Shown here: positions 29,128 through 39,398 of the stretch, one piece after another
Layout: each line of letters opens with the position of its first letter
Position numbering within the stretch: position 1 is the stretch's first letter
IMG/VR virus record: IMGVR_UViG_3300034374_010562
DNA from: an uncultured virus (IMG/VR IMGVR_UViG_3300034374_010562)
Taxonomy: Duplodnaviria > Heunggongvirae > Uroviricota > Caudoviricetes
Reading direction: 5' to 3' (one strand)
DNA length: 64,000 nucleotides
Notes under the pieces: model-generated
What the model saw: only the letters and a program-made list of their open reading frames with translations
The model's database searches: none
What the model was told of the DNA's origin: nothing
Translations under genes and position numbers: made by a program

Positions 29128-29158
29128 AAAAAAAGGACCCTTATAGGAGTCCTTTTTC
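29128..29158 (-). terminator. Intrinsic terminator at the end of the collagen operon
   Basis: AAAAGGAC..N..GTCCTTTT inverted repeat flanked by A/T runs, overlapping the stop codon. Confidence 0.6.
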
Positions 29159-32100
29159 TTTTGCTATTACTTCTAATTCTTGAAGTTGACTTTCTTTGGT
29201 TTCGAGATGTCTTGTTTGTTCTTGAATTGCATCAACCATAATTGATATTAACAACGGATATCTAACAAATAAAATACCTTTTTCGTCTTCACCTACCAAT
29301 TCAGGATAGAACTCTTGAATTTCTTGTGCAATCACACCAATATCTTGACCATCTACCATGTCGGTGAATACACCGTCAACCTCTTTTCTCCAGAAATACT
29401 TAACACCTCTAATCTTCATTACCTTATCTAACGAACTTTCAAGTGGTTGTAAGTTTTCCTTCAACCTTCTATCTGACGGAGCACCTGGGTCACCCGTTGG
29501 TCCTTTAGGTCCTTTCTGACCTTTGAAACCAAAAGAACCTGGTGAAATACCTTTTTGACCTTTTCCCCCTTGTGGTGATGGTCCCTGAGAACCTCTAGCA
29601 CCTTTTGCTCCAGGTGCACCATCAGCACCTTGGAAACCACCATCACCTCCACCACCTCGAAGACCTTTTGGTCCTTTAGGTCCTGGTGTACTGTTATCAC
29701 CTTGAGCACCTTTTTGTCCTTTTGGCCCAACACCACCTTGAATAAGACCTGCATTACCCTGTGGTCCTTTTGGTCCTGTGGTACCAGTCGCACCTTTCTG
29801 ACCCTTAGGTCCTTTTGGTCCGTCAGCACCTGTTGGTCCTTTATCACCTATTGGCCCAACCTCAAAGTTACCTTTTTGTCCTTTATCACCTTGACCACCG
29901 ATATTACCTTTTGGCCCTTTATCTCCAGGATAATCATCTCCAATACCACCTTTTGGACCTGGGTTATTTGAACCTGCAGGTCCTTTAACACCAGGATTAG
30001 GGTCACCTATATTACCTTTTGGTCCTTTATCACCGCCACCACCGATTGCACCAAGTGGTGAGTTACCTTGTGGACCTTTATTACCTTGAGGTGAGTTACC
30101 TTGTGGACCTTTTGGGCCTATTGGTGAGCTACCCTGAGCACCTTTATCACCAATAATACCTTTATCACCGATATTACCTTTTGGCCCTGTACCACCTTTC
30201 TGACCCTTAGGCCCTTTTGGTCCATCAGCGCCTTGTGCACCTGTAGGTCCTTTAATACCTTCGAAGTTTCCTTTTTGACCTTTATCACCTTGACCACCAA
30301 TGTTACCCTTAGGTCCTTTATCACCTTGATTCGAATCTCCGATTGGTCCTTTTGGACCTGGGTTATTTGAACCTGCAGGTCCTTTAACACCAGGATTAGG
30401 GTCACCTATATTACCCTTAGGTCCTTTTTCACCTTGAGCTCCGATTGCACCAAGTGGTGAGTTACCCTGAGGTCCCTTATTACCTTGAGGTGAGTTTCCT
30501 TGTGAACCTTTAGGTCCTGTTGGTGATGGTCCTGTTGCACCTTTCTGACCGATAACTCCTTTGTCACCAGTATTTCCTTTTGGTCCCGTTCCACCTTTCT
30601 GTCCTTTTGGCCCTTTTGGTCCGTCAGCACCTTGTGCACCTGTAGGTCCTTTAACTCCTTCGAAATTACCTTTTTGTCCTTTAACACCTTGAGGACCTTT
30701 TGCCCCTGTAGGACCCACAGCACCCTGATTAGAGTCTCCACGAGGTCCTTTTGGCCCTTGATTATTATCTCCCACAGGTCCTTTTGGTCCTGGATTTGCG
30801 TCTCCCTGATTACCAATCGGTCCTTGATTACCTCGTTGTCCTTTTACACCTGTAGGGGAGTTACCGATTGGTCCTTTCGGTCCTTGTGGCGATGTACCTT
30901 GTGGACCCTTTGGTCCTGTTGGTGAATTACCAATAACACCTTTATCACCGATTACACCCTTATCACCCTGAGCACCTTTTGGTCCTACTGGTCCTAAATC
31001 ACCAATATCACCCTTAGGTCCAACATTACCTTTCTGACCTTTTGGCCCTACAAGTCCGTCTGTTGGTTGTGAAGGTCCTTTATTACCCTGCGGTCCTTTA
31101 ACACCTGTTGGACCTTTTGGTCCTGGGTCTGCAGCACCTTGTCCACCTTTAATACCCTTATGAGCTCCACCCTGTGGTCCTTTTTGACCAATAAGTGCAT
31201 CACCCTGATTACCGACTGAACCTTTATTACCTTGAGACCCTTTTGGACCTTGCGGTGATGGTCCTGTAGAACCCTTTGGTCCTAGAGGTGAGCTTCCCTG
31301 TGGTCCTTTTTGACCGATAGGTGAATTACCCTTAGGTCCTTTTGGACCAATTAAACCTTTATCACCAATAATACCCTTATCGCCTTGACCACCTTTTTGA
31401 CCTTTAAGACCTTTTGTACCATCAGGTGCTGTTGGTCCTTTAATACCTTTCGGTCCGTCTGTAGGTTGTGAATCACCTTTAAGTCCTATAGGACCTACAT
31501 TACCTTTAGGACCTTTAATACCTTTGTGTTCATCACCCTGAGGACCTTTTGGTCCTGGGTTGTTATCACCTGTTTGACCAGTTGGTCCTATGAAGTTATC
31601 ACCAACAGGTGCAAAACCTTTAGGTCCCTTTGGACCCTGAATACCTTTTGGTGAAGTCCCCTGTGGTCCTTTAGGTCCTGTAATCTGAGAACCTCTATCA
31701 CCTACGTTACCTTGAGGTGCAGAACCTGGACCACCTTTAACTCCCTTAAGTCCCTTATCACCTAAGATACCTTTATTACCTTTTCCACCCTTCTGACCTT
31801 TCTCACCTTTCGGTCCGTCAGGGGCAGTTGGCCCTTTAACACCTTTATTACCGATTCCACCTTTTGGCCCTTTAACACCTTTAGGTCCTTTGACACCCTT
31901 AGGTCCTTTAATACCTTTGTGTGCATCACCAGTAGGTCCACCAGGTCCTTGATTGTTATCTCCAACGGCACCTGTTTCACCTTGGTGTGTGTCACCCTGT
32001 GGACCAACATCTCCACCACCACCTAAGTCACCCTTAGGTCCGATTGGAGACGGTCCTTGATTACCTTTGTCACCCACAGGTTCAGCACCTTGAGAACCTT

Positions 32101-33994
32101 TAGGTCCAAGAGGTGAATTACCCTGTGGTCCTTTAAGTCCTTTTTCACCTTTAACACCCTGGTTACCTTTTGGTCCGAGGGTTCCTTTGATACCCTTCTC
32201 ACCTTTTACTGATGGTTCAGTGTTATCACCTTTGAAACCTTTAACCCCTTTAAGACCCTTGCCACCTTTCTGACCTTTGATACCTTTCGGCCCTTTGTCA
32301 CCAGTTGGTCCTTTAATACCTTTGTGTGCATCACCATCAGGACCACCATCACCTTGGAATGAGTCTCCTGTTGGACCTTTAGGTCCTTGATGTGCATCAC
32401 CCTGAGGGGCTCTATCACCTTGTCCACCCTGACCACCGATTGGTCCTAATGGAGAAACCCCTTGGTATCCTTTAGGTCCCTTAGGGGAACCACCTTGAGT
32501 TCCAATTGGTCCTTTAGGTGAAGTTCCGATACCACCTTTCGGTCCTAACGTTCCCTTATCACCTAAACCACCTTTTAGACCCTTAACTCCTTTATTACCT
32601 TTGTCCCCAATAGTTGGGTCGTTGGCTTTTGTACCCTTAAGACCTTTGTTTCCTTTGATACCTTTTGGTCCCTTGAAACCTTTGTCACCTTTCGGTCCAC
32701 CATCACCAGGGTCACCTTTAAATACATCACCCTGAGCACCTGTCGGTCCTTTTCCGAATGGTCCCGTAGGTCCTTTAGGTCCCTGATTAGAATCACCTAA
32801 TATACCTTTAACACCAATAGTTCCCTGACCACCGATACCACCATCAGGTCCGATTGGTGAATTACCTTGTGAACCTTTAATACCTTTAGGTGAGGCACCG
32901 ATATCACCCTTCTGACCTTTTACTGTGTCACCAATCTCACCACCTTCTCCGAAGATACCTTTGACACCCTTAACACCTTTAAGACCCTTACCTCCTTTGG
33001 GACCTTTACTACCGATAGTTCCAAGAATACCTTTAGGTCCTTTAATACCTTTGTTTCCTTTACCACCTTTTTGTCCCTTAGGTCCTTTATTACCTTTTCC
33101 ACCTTTTTGTCCTTTTGTTCCGTCGTCACCGCCGCCACCTTGAGCACCGATATCACCCGTAACATCTGAACCTTTAATCCCTTTATCACCAGGATTGGCA
33201 TCACCAGCGCCACCAACATCACCTTTGAATTGGTCACCCTTAGTTCCGATTATACCTTTCTGTCCTTTGGTACCTTTCTCACCGATATCACCCTTAGGTG
33301 ATGTACCTAATATACCTTTAGGTCCTGTTGGTGAATTACCGATAGGTCCCTTCTGACCTTTCGTTGAGATACCCTTAGGTCCTTGTTCACCACCTTCACC
33401 ACCTAAACCTTTGGTACCCTTAACACCCTTAAGTCCTTTGATACCTTTATCTCCATCTTCACCCTTGGTTCCAATGTTTCCTTTAGGTCCTTTTAAGCCC
33501 TTAGGTCCTTTGGTTCCTTTAATACCTTTGAATCCTTTGTCCCCATCTTCACCTTTAGGACCAATATCACCCTGTGGACCTAAGTCACCTGTCGGTCCAA
33601 TTGGTGATGAACCTTGAGTTCCAATACCACCTCTTTGACCTTTAATACCTTTAGGACCATCATCAGCATTCGGAGCAGCATCACCAGTGCCACCCTTAAC
33701 ACCTTTAATACCTTTGAAATCTGATGGGACACCCTTCCAAATACCTCCTTTAGAAATACCACCTGTTTGTAGTCCTTTCCAGTTTAATTCACCATCACCA
33801 CCAATGTTAATGGTAGCATCCGATGACAATTCAAATCCCGATTGACCATCAGGTTGAACCAAGAAGATATCATTCGCACCTGAAAATGCTAACGACTCAT
33901 TCGTTCCGTCATATTGCAAATTGATGTTGGATGCATTTGAACCTGAAAATTCAAACAATCCATCATCCGGTGTTATTTTTATATTTTTAGCCAT
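29141..33994 (-). CDS. Giant collagen-like fibre protein C with C-terminal peptidase S74 chaperone
   Basis: 1617 aa; ~1400 aa interrupted Gly-X-Y; SDRRLKEN..IGVIAQE S74 signature. Confidence 0.95.
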   Translation of the reverse strand: MAKNIKITPDDGLFEFSGSNASNINLQYDGTNESLAFSGANDIFLVQPDGQSGFELSSDATINIGGDGELNWKGLQTGGISKGGIWKGVPSDFKGIKGVKGGTGDAAPNADDGPKGIKGQRGGIGTQGSSPIGPTGDLGPQGDIGPKGEDGDKGFKGIKGTKGPKGLKGPKGNIGTKGEDGDKGIKGLKGVKGTKGLGGEGGEQGPKGISTKGQKGPIGNSPTGPKGILGTSPKGDIGEKGTKGQKGIIGTKGDQFKGDVGGAGDANPGDKGIKGSDVTGDIGAQGGGGDDGTKGQKGGKGNKGPKGQKGGKGNKGIKGPKGILGTIGSKGPKGGKGLKGVKGVKGIFGEGGEIGDTVKGQKGDIGASPKGIKGSQGNSPIGPDGGIGGQGTIGVKGILGDSNQGPKGPTGPFGKGPTGAQGDVFKGDPGDGGPKGDKGFKGPKGIKGNKGLKGTKANDPTIGDKGNKGVKGLKGGLGDKGTLGPKGGIGTSPKGPIGTQGGSPKGPKGYQGVSPLGPIGGQGGQGDRAPQGDAHQGPKGPTGDSFQGDGGPDGDAHKGIKGPTGDKGPKGIKGQKGGKGLKGVKGFKGDNTEPSVKGEKGIKGTLGPKGNQGVKGEKGLKGPQGNSPLGPKGSQGAEPVGDKGNQGPSPIGPKGDLGGGGDVGPQGDTHQGETGAVGDNNQGPGGPTGDAHKGIKGPKGVKGPKGVKGPKGGIGNKGVKGPTAPDGPKGEKGQKGGKGNKGILGDKGLKGVKGGPGSAPQGNVGDRGSQITGPKGPQGTSPKGIQGPKGPKGFAPVGDNFIGPTGQTGDNNPGPKGPQGDEHKGIKGPKGNVGPIGLKGDSQPTDGPKGIKGPTAPDGTKGLKGQKGGQGDKGIIGDKGLIGPKGPKGNSPIGQKGPQGSSPLGPKGSTGPSPQGPKGSQGNKGSVGNQGDALIGQKGPQGGAHKGIKGGQGAADPGPKGPTGVKGPQGNKGPSQPTDGLVGPKGQKGNVGPKGDIGDLGPVGPKGAQGDKGVIGDKGVIGNSPTGPKGPQGTSPQGPKGPIGNSPTGVKGQRGNQGPIGNQGDANPGPKGPVGDNNQGPKGPRGDSNQGAVGPTGAKGPQGVKGQKGNFEGVKGPTGAQGADGPKGPKGQKGGTGPKGNTGDKGVIGQKGATGPSPTGPKGSQGNSPQGNKGPQGNSPLGAIGAQGEKGPKGNIGDPNPGVKGPAGSNNPGPKGPIGDSNQGDKGPKGNIGGQGDKGQKGNFEGIKGPTGAQGADGPKGPKGQKGGTGPKGNIGDKGIIGDKGAQGSSPIGPKGPQGNSPQGNKGPQGNSPLGAIGGGGDKGPKGNIGDPNPGVKGPAGSNNPGPKGGIGDDYPGDKGPKGNIGGQGDKGQKGNFEVGPIGDKGPTGADGPKGPKGQKGATGTTGPKGPQGNAGLIQGGVGPKGQKGAQGDNSTPGPKGPKGLRGGGGDGGFQGADGAPGAKGARGSQGPSPQGGKGQKGISPGSFGFKGQKGPKGPTGDPGAPSDRRLKENLQPLESSLDKVMKIRGVKYFWRKEVDGVFTDMVDGQDIGVIAQEIQEFYPELVGEDEKGILFVRYPLLISIMVDAIQEQTRHLETKESQLQELEVIAKEKGLL

Positions 33995-36900
33995 TTTCTA
34001 CTATTGAGTTCTTTAGGGTGTTTATTCTTTTTCTCATGAACTTAATTCTCGTCATTTGCTCTTGCAATGAACCTAAGGCTACCGCCGTAATCAAACCATA
34101 TTGAACACTCTTAATACCTTCAGAGTCATCGATAACTACATCAGGAATAATTTCTTCAACATCCTGAGCAATGAAACCAATAGAACGTCCTTTTAGGGTT
34201 GGGTGTGTTCTTAATGTAAATTCGTCCTGTTTCCAATCAAAATAAAGACCTTTTAACTGTAAAAGTTTCGCTAAGTTACCTTTCAATCCTTTTACACTAT
34301 CCTTAAGTCTGATATCCGATGACGGACCCTGAGCACCTTTCTGTCCTGTAGGCCCTTTTGGGCCCTGTGGTCCCGTAGCACCTTTTTGACCTTTCGCACC
34401 ATTTGGACCTGTCGACCCCTTAAGACCTTTATCACCTGGGTTACCTGCCGGACCTGTAGGTCCTTTTGGTCCTTTAGTACCGATATTACCTTTAGGTCCT
34501 TTATCACCTGGAGGACCAGCAACTGAATTACCAATAGCACCTTTTTGACCTGTAGGTCCTTTTGGCCCTGGAGGACCAGCATTACCTTTCTGTCCCTTAG
34601 CACCTGGCCCACCTGTGTTAGTGTCACCTGTAGGTCCCTTTGGTCCTGGATTGGCAGCTCCAACCCCACCTTTAGGTCCTACATATGGGTCACCTTGATT
34701 ACCCTGAGCACCTTTCTGTCCCGTAGGTCCCTTATTACCTGTAGGTGAGTTACCTTGCGGCCCTTTTGGACCTGTTGGCGAGTTACCTTGTGGTCCTTTT
34801 GGCCCCGTAGGTGAATTACCCTGAGGTCCTTTATCACCTCCACCACCTCGAAGACCTTTTGGCCCTTTAGTACCAACATTACCTTTTTGACCTTTAGGAC
34901 CTTTTGGTCCATCTGGTGCTGTCGGTCCTTTTAAACCTTTATTTCCATCAGGTGCTGTTGGCCCTTTGTTACCTTGAGGTCCTTTAGCACCTGTTGGTCC
35001 TTTAGCACCTGTATTGGTATCTCCTGTAGGTCCTTTTGGTCCTGGATTAGCCGGCCCTACACCACCTTTAGGTCCAAAGTTATTATCACCCACACCACCT
35101 TGAGTACCTTTTTGTCCTGTAGGTCCTTTATTACCTGTAGGTGAGTTACCTTGCGGCCCTTTTGGACCTGTTGGCGAGTTACCTTGTGGTCCTTTTGGCC
35201 CCGTAGGTGAGTTACCTATCGGCCCTTTATCACCTCCACCACCACGGAGACCTTTTGGCCCTTTAGTACCAACATTACCTTTTTGACCTTTAGGTCCCTT
35301 AGGTCCATCTGGTGCTGTCGGCCCTTTATTACCTTTTGGTCCGTCACCACCTGTATCACCTTTAATACCTTGTGGTCCTTTGGCTCCAGTCGGTCCTTTT
35401 GGTCCTGTATTAGTATCTCCTGTAGGTCCTTTTGGTCCCGGATTAGCTGGTCCTACACCACCTTTAGGTCCAAAGTTAGGGTCCCCCTTATCACCAATAT
35501 CACCACCAGGTCCTTGAGGACCTTTATTACCTTGTGGTGAGAACCCTGTTGGTCCTTTGTTACCCTGTGGCGAGTTACCCTGAGAACCCTTAGGTCCTGT
35601 CGGTTGATTACCGATTGGTCCTTTTGGACCTATCAATCCTTTATCACCTGTTGTACCTTTTGGTCCAATATTCCCTTTTGGTCCTTTTGTACCTATTGGT
35701 CCGTCAGCACCTTTTTGCCCCTTAGGTCCGATTGGACCATCAGTTGGTTGAGAAGGACCTTTATTACCTTGTGGTCCTTTTACACCAATTGGACCTTTAG
35801 GACCTGGATTACCAGGACCTTGTGGTCCTTTAGGACCTGGATACGCATCTCCGATACCACCTTTTGGACCTGGATTGGCATCACCCTGATTACCTATTGG
35901 ACCTTTGTTACCCTGAGTACCTTTTGGTCCCGTTGGAGAATTACCTTTTTGTCCTTTATCACCCGCAGGACTGGCTCCGATATCTCCCTTAAGACCTTTT
36001 GGTGAGTTACCAATAAGACCTTTGTCACCTATTACACCCTTATCACCGGTATTTCCTTTTGGTCCTGTACCACCTTTTTGTCCTTTAACACCTTTTGTTC
36101 CGTCAGGTGCTGTTGGGCCTTTAATACCTTTATTACCTTTAACATCTTGTGAAGGTCCTTTATTACCGATTGGTCCCTTATTACCTTGCGGACCTTTGAT
36201 ACCTGTATTTGAATCACCTTCAGGTCCCTTTGGCCCTGGGTTGTTATCACCAACAGGTCCTTTAGGGCCAGGATTGTTATCACCCAATGCACCTGTAGGT
36301 CCTTGGAAACCTTGGTCACCTTTTGGTCCAATTGGTGAACTACCAATTGCTCCATCAGGTCCGATTGGTGAATTACCCTGAGGTCCTTTGAAACCTACAG
36401 TTCCAATACCTTTCTGACCTTTTGGTCCTTTATCACCGATGATACCTTTATCACCTGTATTACCTTTAACACCCTTCTCACCACGGAGACCTTTTGGTCC
36501 TTTGAAACCTTTTTGACCTTTAAGACCTTTTGGTCCTGGTCCTGCACCTTTCTGACCTTTTTCACCATTCTCACCTACGTCATTACTACGTGGACCCTTT
36601 TCACCTGGGTTGGCATCTCCTTCTGGTCCTTTTGGACCTGTATTGTTGGCACCTACAGGACCTTTAAGACCTTTGTGTAAGTCACCTGTCGGTCCTAAAT
36701 CACCACCAGGTCCAATATCACCTGTTGGTCCAATTGGTGATGTCCCTTGTGGGCCTTTGTTACCTTGAGGTGAATTTCCTTGTACCCCTTTCTGACCTGG
36801 AAAAGAAGCCCCTTTAGGTCCATCAGTACCAATGTTTCCTTTCGGTCCTTTAATACCTTTGTTTCCTTCACCACCTTTTTGACCTTTAGGTCCCTTATTA

Positions 36901-39185
36901 CCCAAATCACCTTTCTGACCCTTAACACCTTTTGTTCCATCAGGAGCGGTTGGTCCTTTGTCAGCGTTTGGTCCGACAGCACCTTTTTGTCCTTTAATAC
37001 CTTTGTGTTCGTCACCCTGTGGTCCTTGCGGTCCGACATCACTATTACCTTTCTCACCCGTAGGTCCTTTGAATAGGTCACCTTGTGGACCTAAATCTCC
37101 ACCTGTACCTTGTGGACCGATGTCCCCACCAGGTGATGTTCCTTGGCTACCGATACTACCACGTGGTGAAGCTCCTTGGTCACCAATACCCCCTTGAGGA
37201 GATACACCCAATAGACCTTTGTCACCTTTAGTACCCTTAATACCTTTATTACCTTTGGTTCCGTCAGTACCTTTCTGACCTTTATCACCGCCACCACCGA
37301 TAACACCTTTTAAACCTTTGTCACCGTTGATACCTTTGATACCCTTAGGTCCTTTAATACCTTTGTTACCTTTATCTGTTTGGTCACCTTTCTGACCCTT
37401 AACACCTGTAGGTCCGATTGGACCTTTAACACCTTTACGGTCATCACCTTTAGGACCCGCATCCCCTTGGAATGCATCACCACCAGGACCACCGTCACCA
37501 GTACCACCTTGTGCACCTTGCTCACCAACAGCACCTGAAACGAACGATTCGAAACTACCGTTGACCATCACTTCCGTTGATGTTGCCGTATCAACAAGAG
37601 ACACACCATCTAAGAAGTTACCACCATTGGTACTAGTCGTTGAACTAAAGTATACCGTTAAGTTGGCTTCCGTTGGAGTGAAGGTATGTGTATTTACCGT
37701 CCATTGAGATGTCGATGCAACGAATGTACCAACATTAATATTTGTCGATGAACCAACAATACTAACATTCATGGAGTTAGCAAAACCAGTTCTACCTCTG
37801 TGTGCAAATGATAATTGATACTCAGTGCTTGGAGTTAACGTTACCGATTGGTATAAAGCGTGTTTAAATGATAATGCCGCGTTAATCTCAGCAAAGTAAT
37901 TTCCCGCATAAGCAGGAACACCGAAGAATCCTGTTCTCCAAATCTCAATAATCTCATCAGGAGATACTGGGTCCCAACCAGGAATACAGTCGTTATCAAA
38001 CCACTGGTAACCATTATTTGGTGGAGGAGGACACGCACCTTGCGTTCCCAATAAACCTTTATCACCTTTTTGAGGGTCACCCTTCTGACCTTTAACACCA
38101 GTTGGACTGTTACCTTGAGTTCCTTTGAAACCCTTAACACCCTTAAGACCTTTATTTCCTTTTAAACCTTTAGGTCCGTCAGGGGCTGTAGGTCCTTTAT
38201 CTCCTTGTCCACCCTTAACACCTTTGGTTCCTTTAATACCTTTATCACCGATAATACCTTTTGAACCTGTATTACCTTTTTGGCCGATGTCCCCTTGCTC
38301 ACCAGTAGGACCTTGAAATTCATCACCTTTAACACCCTTAAGACCTTTGTGTTCGTCACCTTGAGCACCTGTTGGACCTTGGAACGCATCACCTTGAGCA
38401 CCTGTTGGTCCTTTGAATAAGTCACCCTGAATACCTACATTACCCTGAGGACCAATAAGACCCTTAGGACCCAAAATAGGAGTTCCTCCGTCACCAACAC
38501 CACCCTTAGGGGATGTTCCGTCACTTCCTTGAGGACCTTTAACTTGGTCTCCTTTGAAACCTTTGATACCTTTCTCACCCTGAGGACCCAATAGACCTTT
38601 GTCACCTACACCACCTAAGTTGCCCTTCTGACCTTTTCCTCCTTTGAATCCTTTGATACCCTTTGGTCCAATATCTCCGTCACCACCCTTTTGGCCTTTG
38701 ACACCCTTGTCTCCGTTACCTCCTTGTGGTCCGATGTCTCCACCTTCACCTGTAGGTCCTTTGAATAAGATACCTTTAGCTCCTTGGATACCTTTGTGTG
38801 AGTCACCACCCGGACCTAAATCCCCTTGGAACGCATCACCATCAGGACCTTTAAGACCTGTACCACCTTTGAAACCTTTAACACCCTTAATACCTTTGTT
38901 ACCACGAAGACCTTTACCACCAAGAACACCTTTAGTACCCTTTAGACCTTTATCACCACCATCACCGATAATACCTTTACTACCTTTGAGACCTTTGTCT
39001 AACTGAGCACCTTTTTGACCGCCCTCACCATCATTACCTCTGATATTAATTGGACTACTTTGCCAGTTGTTGTACTCGTCAACAATCAGCGACCCATTAA
39101 TATAAAGACCTTTACCTACTTTGGTAACTACATAAACCTGTAGTGGTGTGGTTGAATCCGATATTCTATATATTTTGCTCTTCAT
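33987..39185 (-). CDS. Giant collagen-like fibre protein B with inserted jelly-roll (CBM/DUF642-like) domain and S74 chaperone
   Basis: 1732 aa; globular insert at about 37535-38035; SDIRLKD..IGFIAQD. Confidence 0.95.
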   Translation of the reverse strand: MKSKIYRISDSTTPLQVYVVTKVGKGLYINGSLIVDEYNNWQSSPINIRGNDGEGGQKGAQLDKGLKGSKGIIGDGGDKGLKGTKGVLGGKGLRGNKGIKGVKGFKGGTGLKGPDGDAFQGDLGPGGDSHKGIQGAKGILFKGPTGEGGDIGPQGGNGDKGVKGQKGGDGDIGPKGIKGFKGGKGQKGNLGGVGDKGLLGPQGEKGIKGFKGDQVKGPQGSDGTSPKGGVGDGGTPILGPKGLIGPQGNVGIQGDLFKGPTGAQGDAFQGPTGAQGDEHKGLKGVKGDEFQGPTGEQGDIGQKGNTGSKGIIGDKGIKGTKGVKGGQGDKGPTAPDGPKGLKGNKGLKGVKGFKGTQGNSPTGVKGQKGDPQKGDKGLLGTQGACPPPPNNGYQWFDNDCIPGWDPVSPDEIIEIWRTGFFGVPAYAGNYFAEINAALSFKHALYQSVTLTPSTEYQLSFAHRGRTGFANSMNVSIVGSSTNINVGTFVASTSQWTVNTHTFTPTEANLTVYFSSTTSTNGGNFLDGVSLVDTATSTEVMVNGSFESFVSGAVGEQGAQGGTGDGGPGGDAFQGDAGPKGDDRKGVKGPIGPTGVKGQKGDQTDKGNKGIKGPKGIKGINGDKGLKGVIGGGGDKGQKGTDGTKGNKGIKGTKGDKGLLGVSPQGGIGDQGASPRGSIGSQGTSPGGDIGPQGTGGDLGPQGDLFKGPTGEKGNSDVGPQGPQGDEHKGIKGQKGAVGPNADKGPTAPDGTKGVKGQKGDLGNKGPKGQKGGEGNKGIKGPKGNIGTDGPKGASFPGQKGVQGNSPQGNKGPQGTSPIGPTGDIGPGGDLGPTGDLHKGLKGPVGANNTGPKGPEGDANPGEKGPRSNDVGENGEKGQKGAGPGPKGLKGQKGFKGPKGLRGEKGVKGNTGDKGIIGDKGPKGQKGIGTVGFKGPQGNSPIGPDGAIGSSPIGPKGDQGFQGPTGALGDNNPGPKGPVGDNNPGPKGPEGDSNTGIKGPQGNKGPIGNKGPSQDVKGNKGIKGPTAPDGTKGVKGQKGGTGPKGNTGDKGVIGDKGLIGNSPKGLKGDIGASPAGDKGQKGNSPTGPKGTQGNKGPIGNQGDANPGPKGGIGDAYPGPKGPQGPGNPGPKGPIGVKGPQGNKGPSQPTDGPIGPKGQKGADGPIGTKGPKGNIGPKGTTGDKGLIGPKGPIGNQPTGPKGSQGNSPQGNKGPTGFSPQGNKGPQGPGGDIGDKGDPNFGPKGGVGPANPGPKGPTGDTNTGPKGPTGAKGPQGIKGDTGGDGPKGNKGPTAPDGPKGPKGQKGNVGTKGPKGLRGGGGDKGPIGNSPTGPKGPQGNSPTGPKGPQGNSPTGNKGPTGQKGTQGGVGDNNFGPKGGVGPANPGPKGPTGDTNTGAKGPTGAKGPQGNKGPTAPDGNKGLKGPTAPDGPKGPKGQKGNVGTKGPKGLRGGGGDKGPQGNSPTGPKGPQGNSPTGPKGPQGNSPTGNKGPTGQKGAQGNQGDPYVGPKGGVGAANPGPKGPTGDTNTGGPGAKGQKGNAGPPGPKGPTGQKGAIGNSVAGPPGDKGPKGNIGTKGPKGPTGPAGNPGDKGLKGSTGPNGAKGQKGATGPQGPKGPTGQKGAQGPSSDIRLKDSVKGLKGNLAKLLQLKGLYFDWKQDEFTLRTHPTLKGRSIGFIAQDVEEIIPDVVIDDSEGIKSVQYGLITAVALGSLQEQMTRIKFMRKRINTLKNSIVENG

Positions 39186-39260
39186 GGAGTGTCGTTTGTT
39201 CTATTTTAATAAATATGTTTTACCTTATCTTTGTAACTTTTTCAATCAAAAATCTATAGG

Positions 39261-39398
39261 TTAATTATCAATGGAAATATCCAAAAACCCGTCGGGTGTT
39301 ATCTCAATAATATATGAGGAATTTGCACCTGAAAAAACCACATGAGGATTTGTATTTGTCGTTGTCCCTGAAGGGTAAATTATTACATCCTGTGCCAT
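39261..39398 (-). CDS. 45-aa protein resembling the N-terminal module of the collagen fibres, not in the ORF track
   Basis: MAQDVIIYPSGTTTNTNPHVVFSGANSSYIIEITPDGFLDISIDN; TAATG-coupled to collagen A. Confidence 0.7.
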   Translation of the reverse strand: MAQDVIIYPSGTTTNTNPHVVFSGANSSYIIEITPDGFLDISIDN

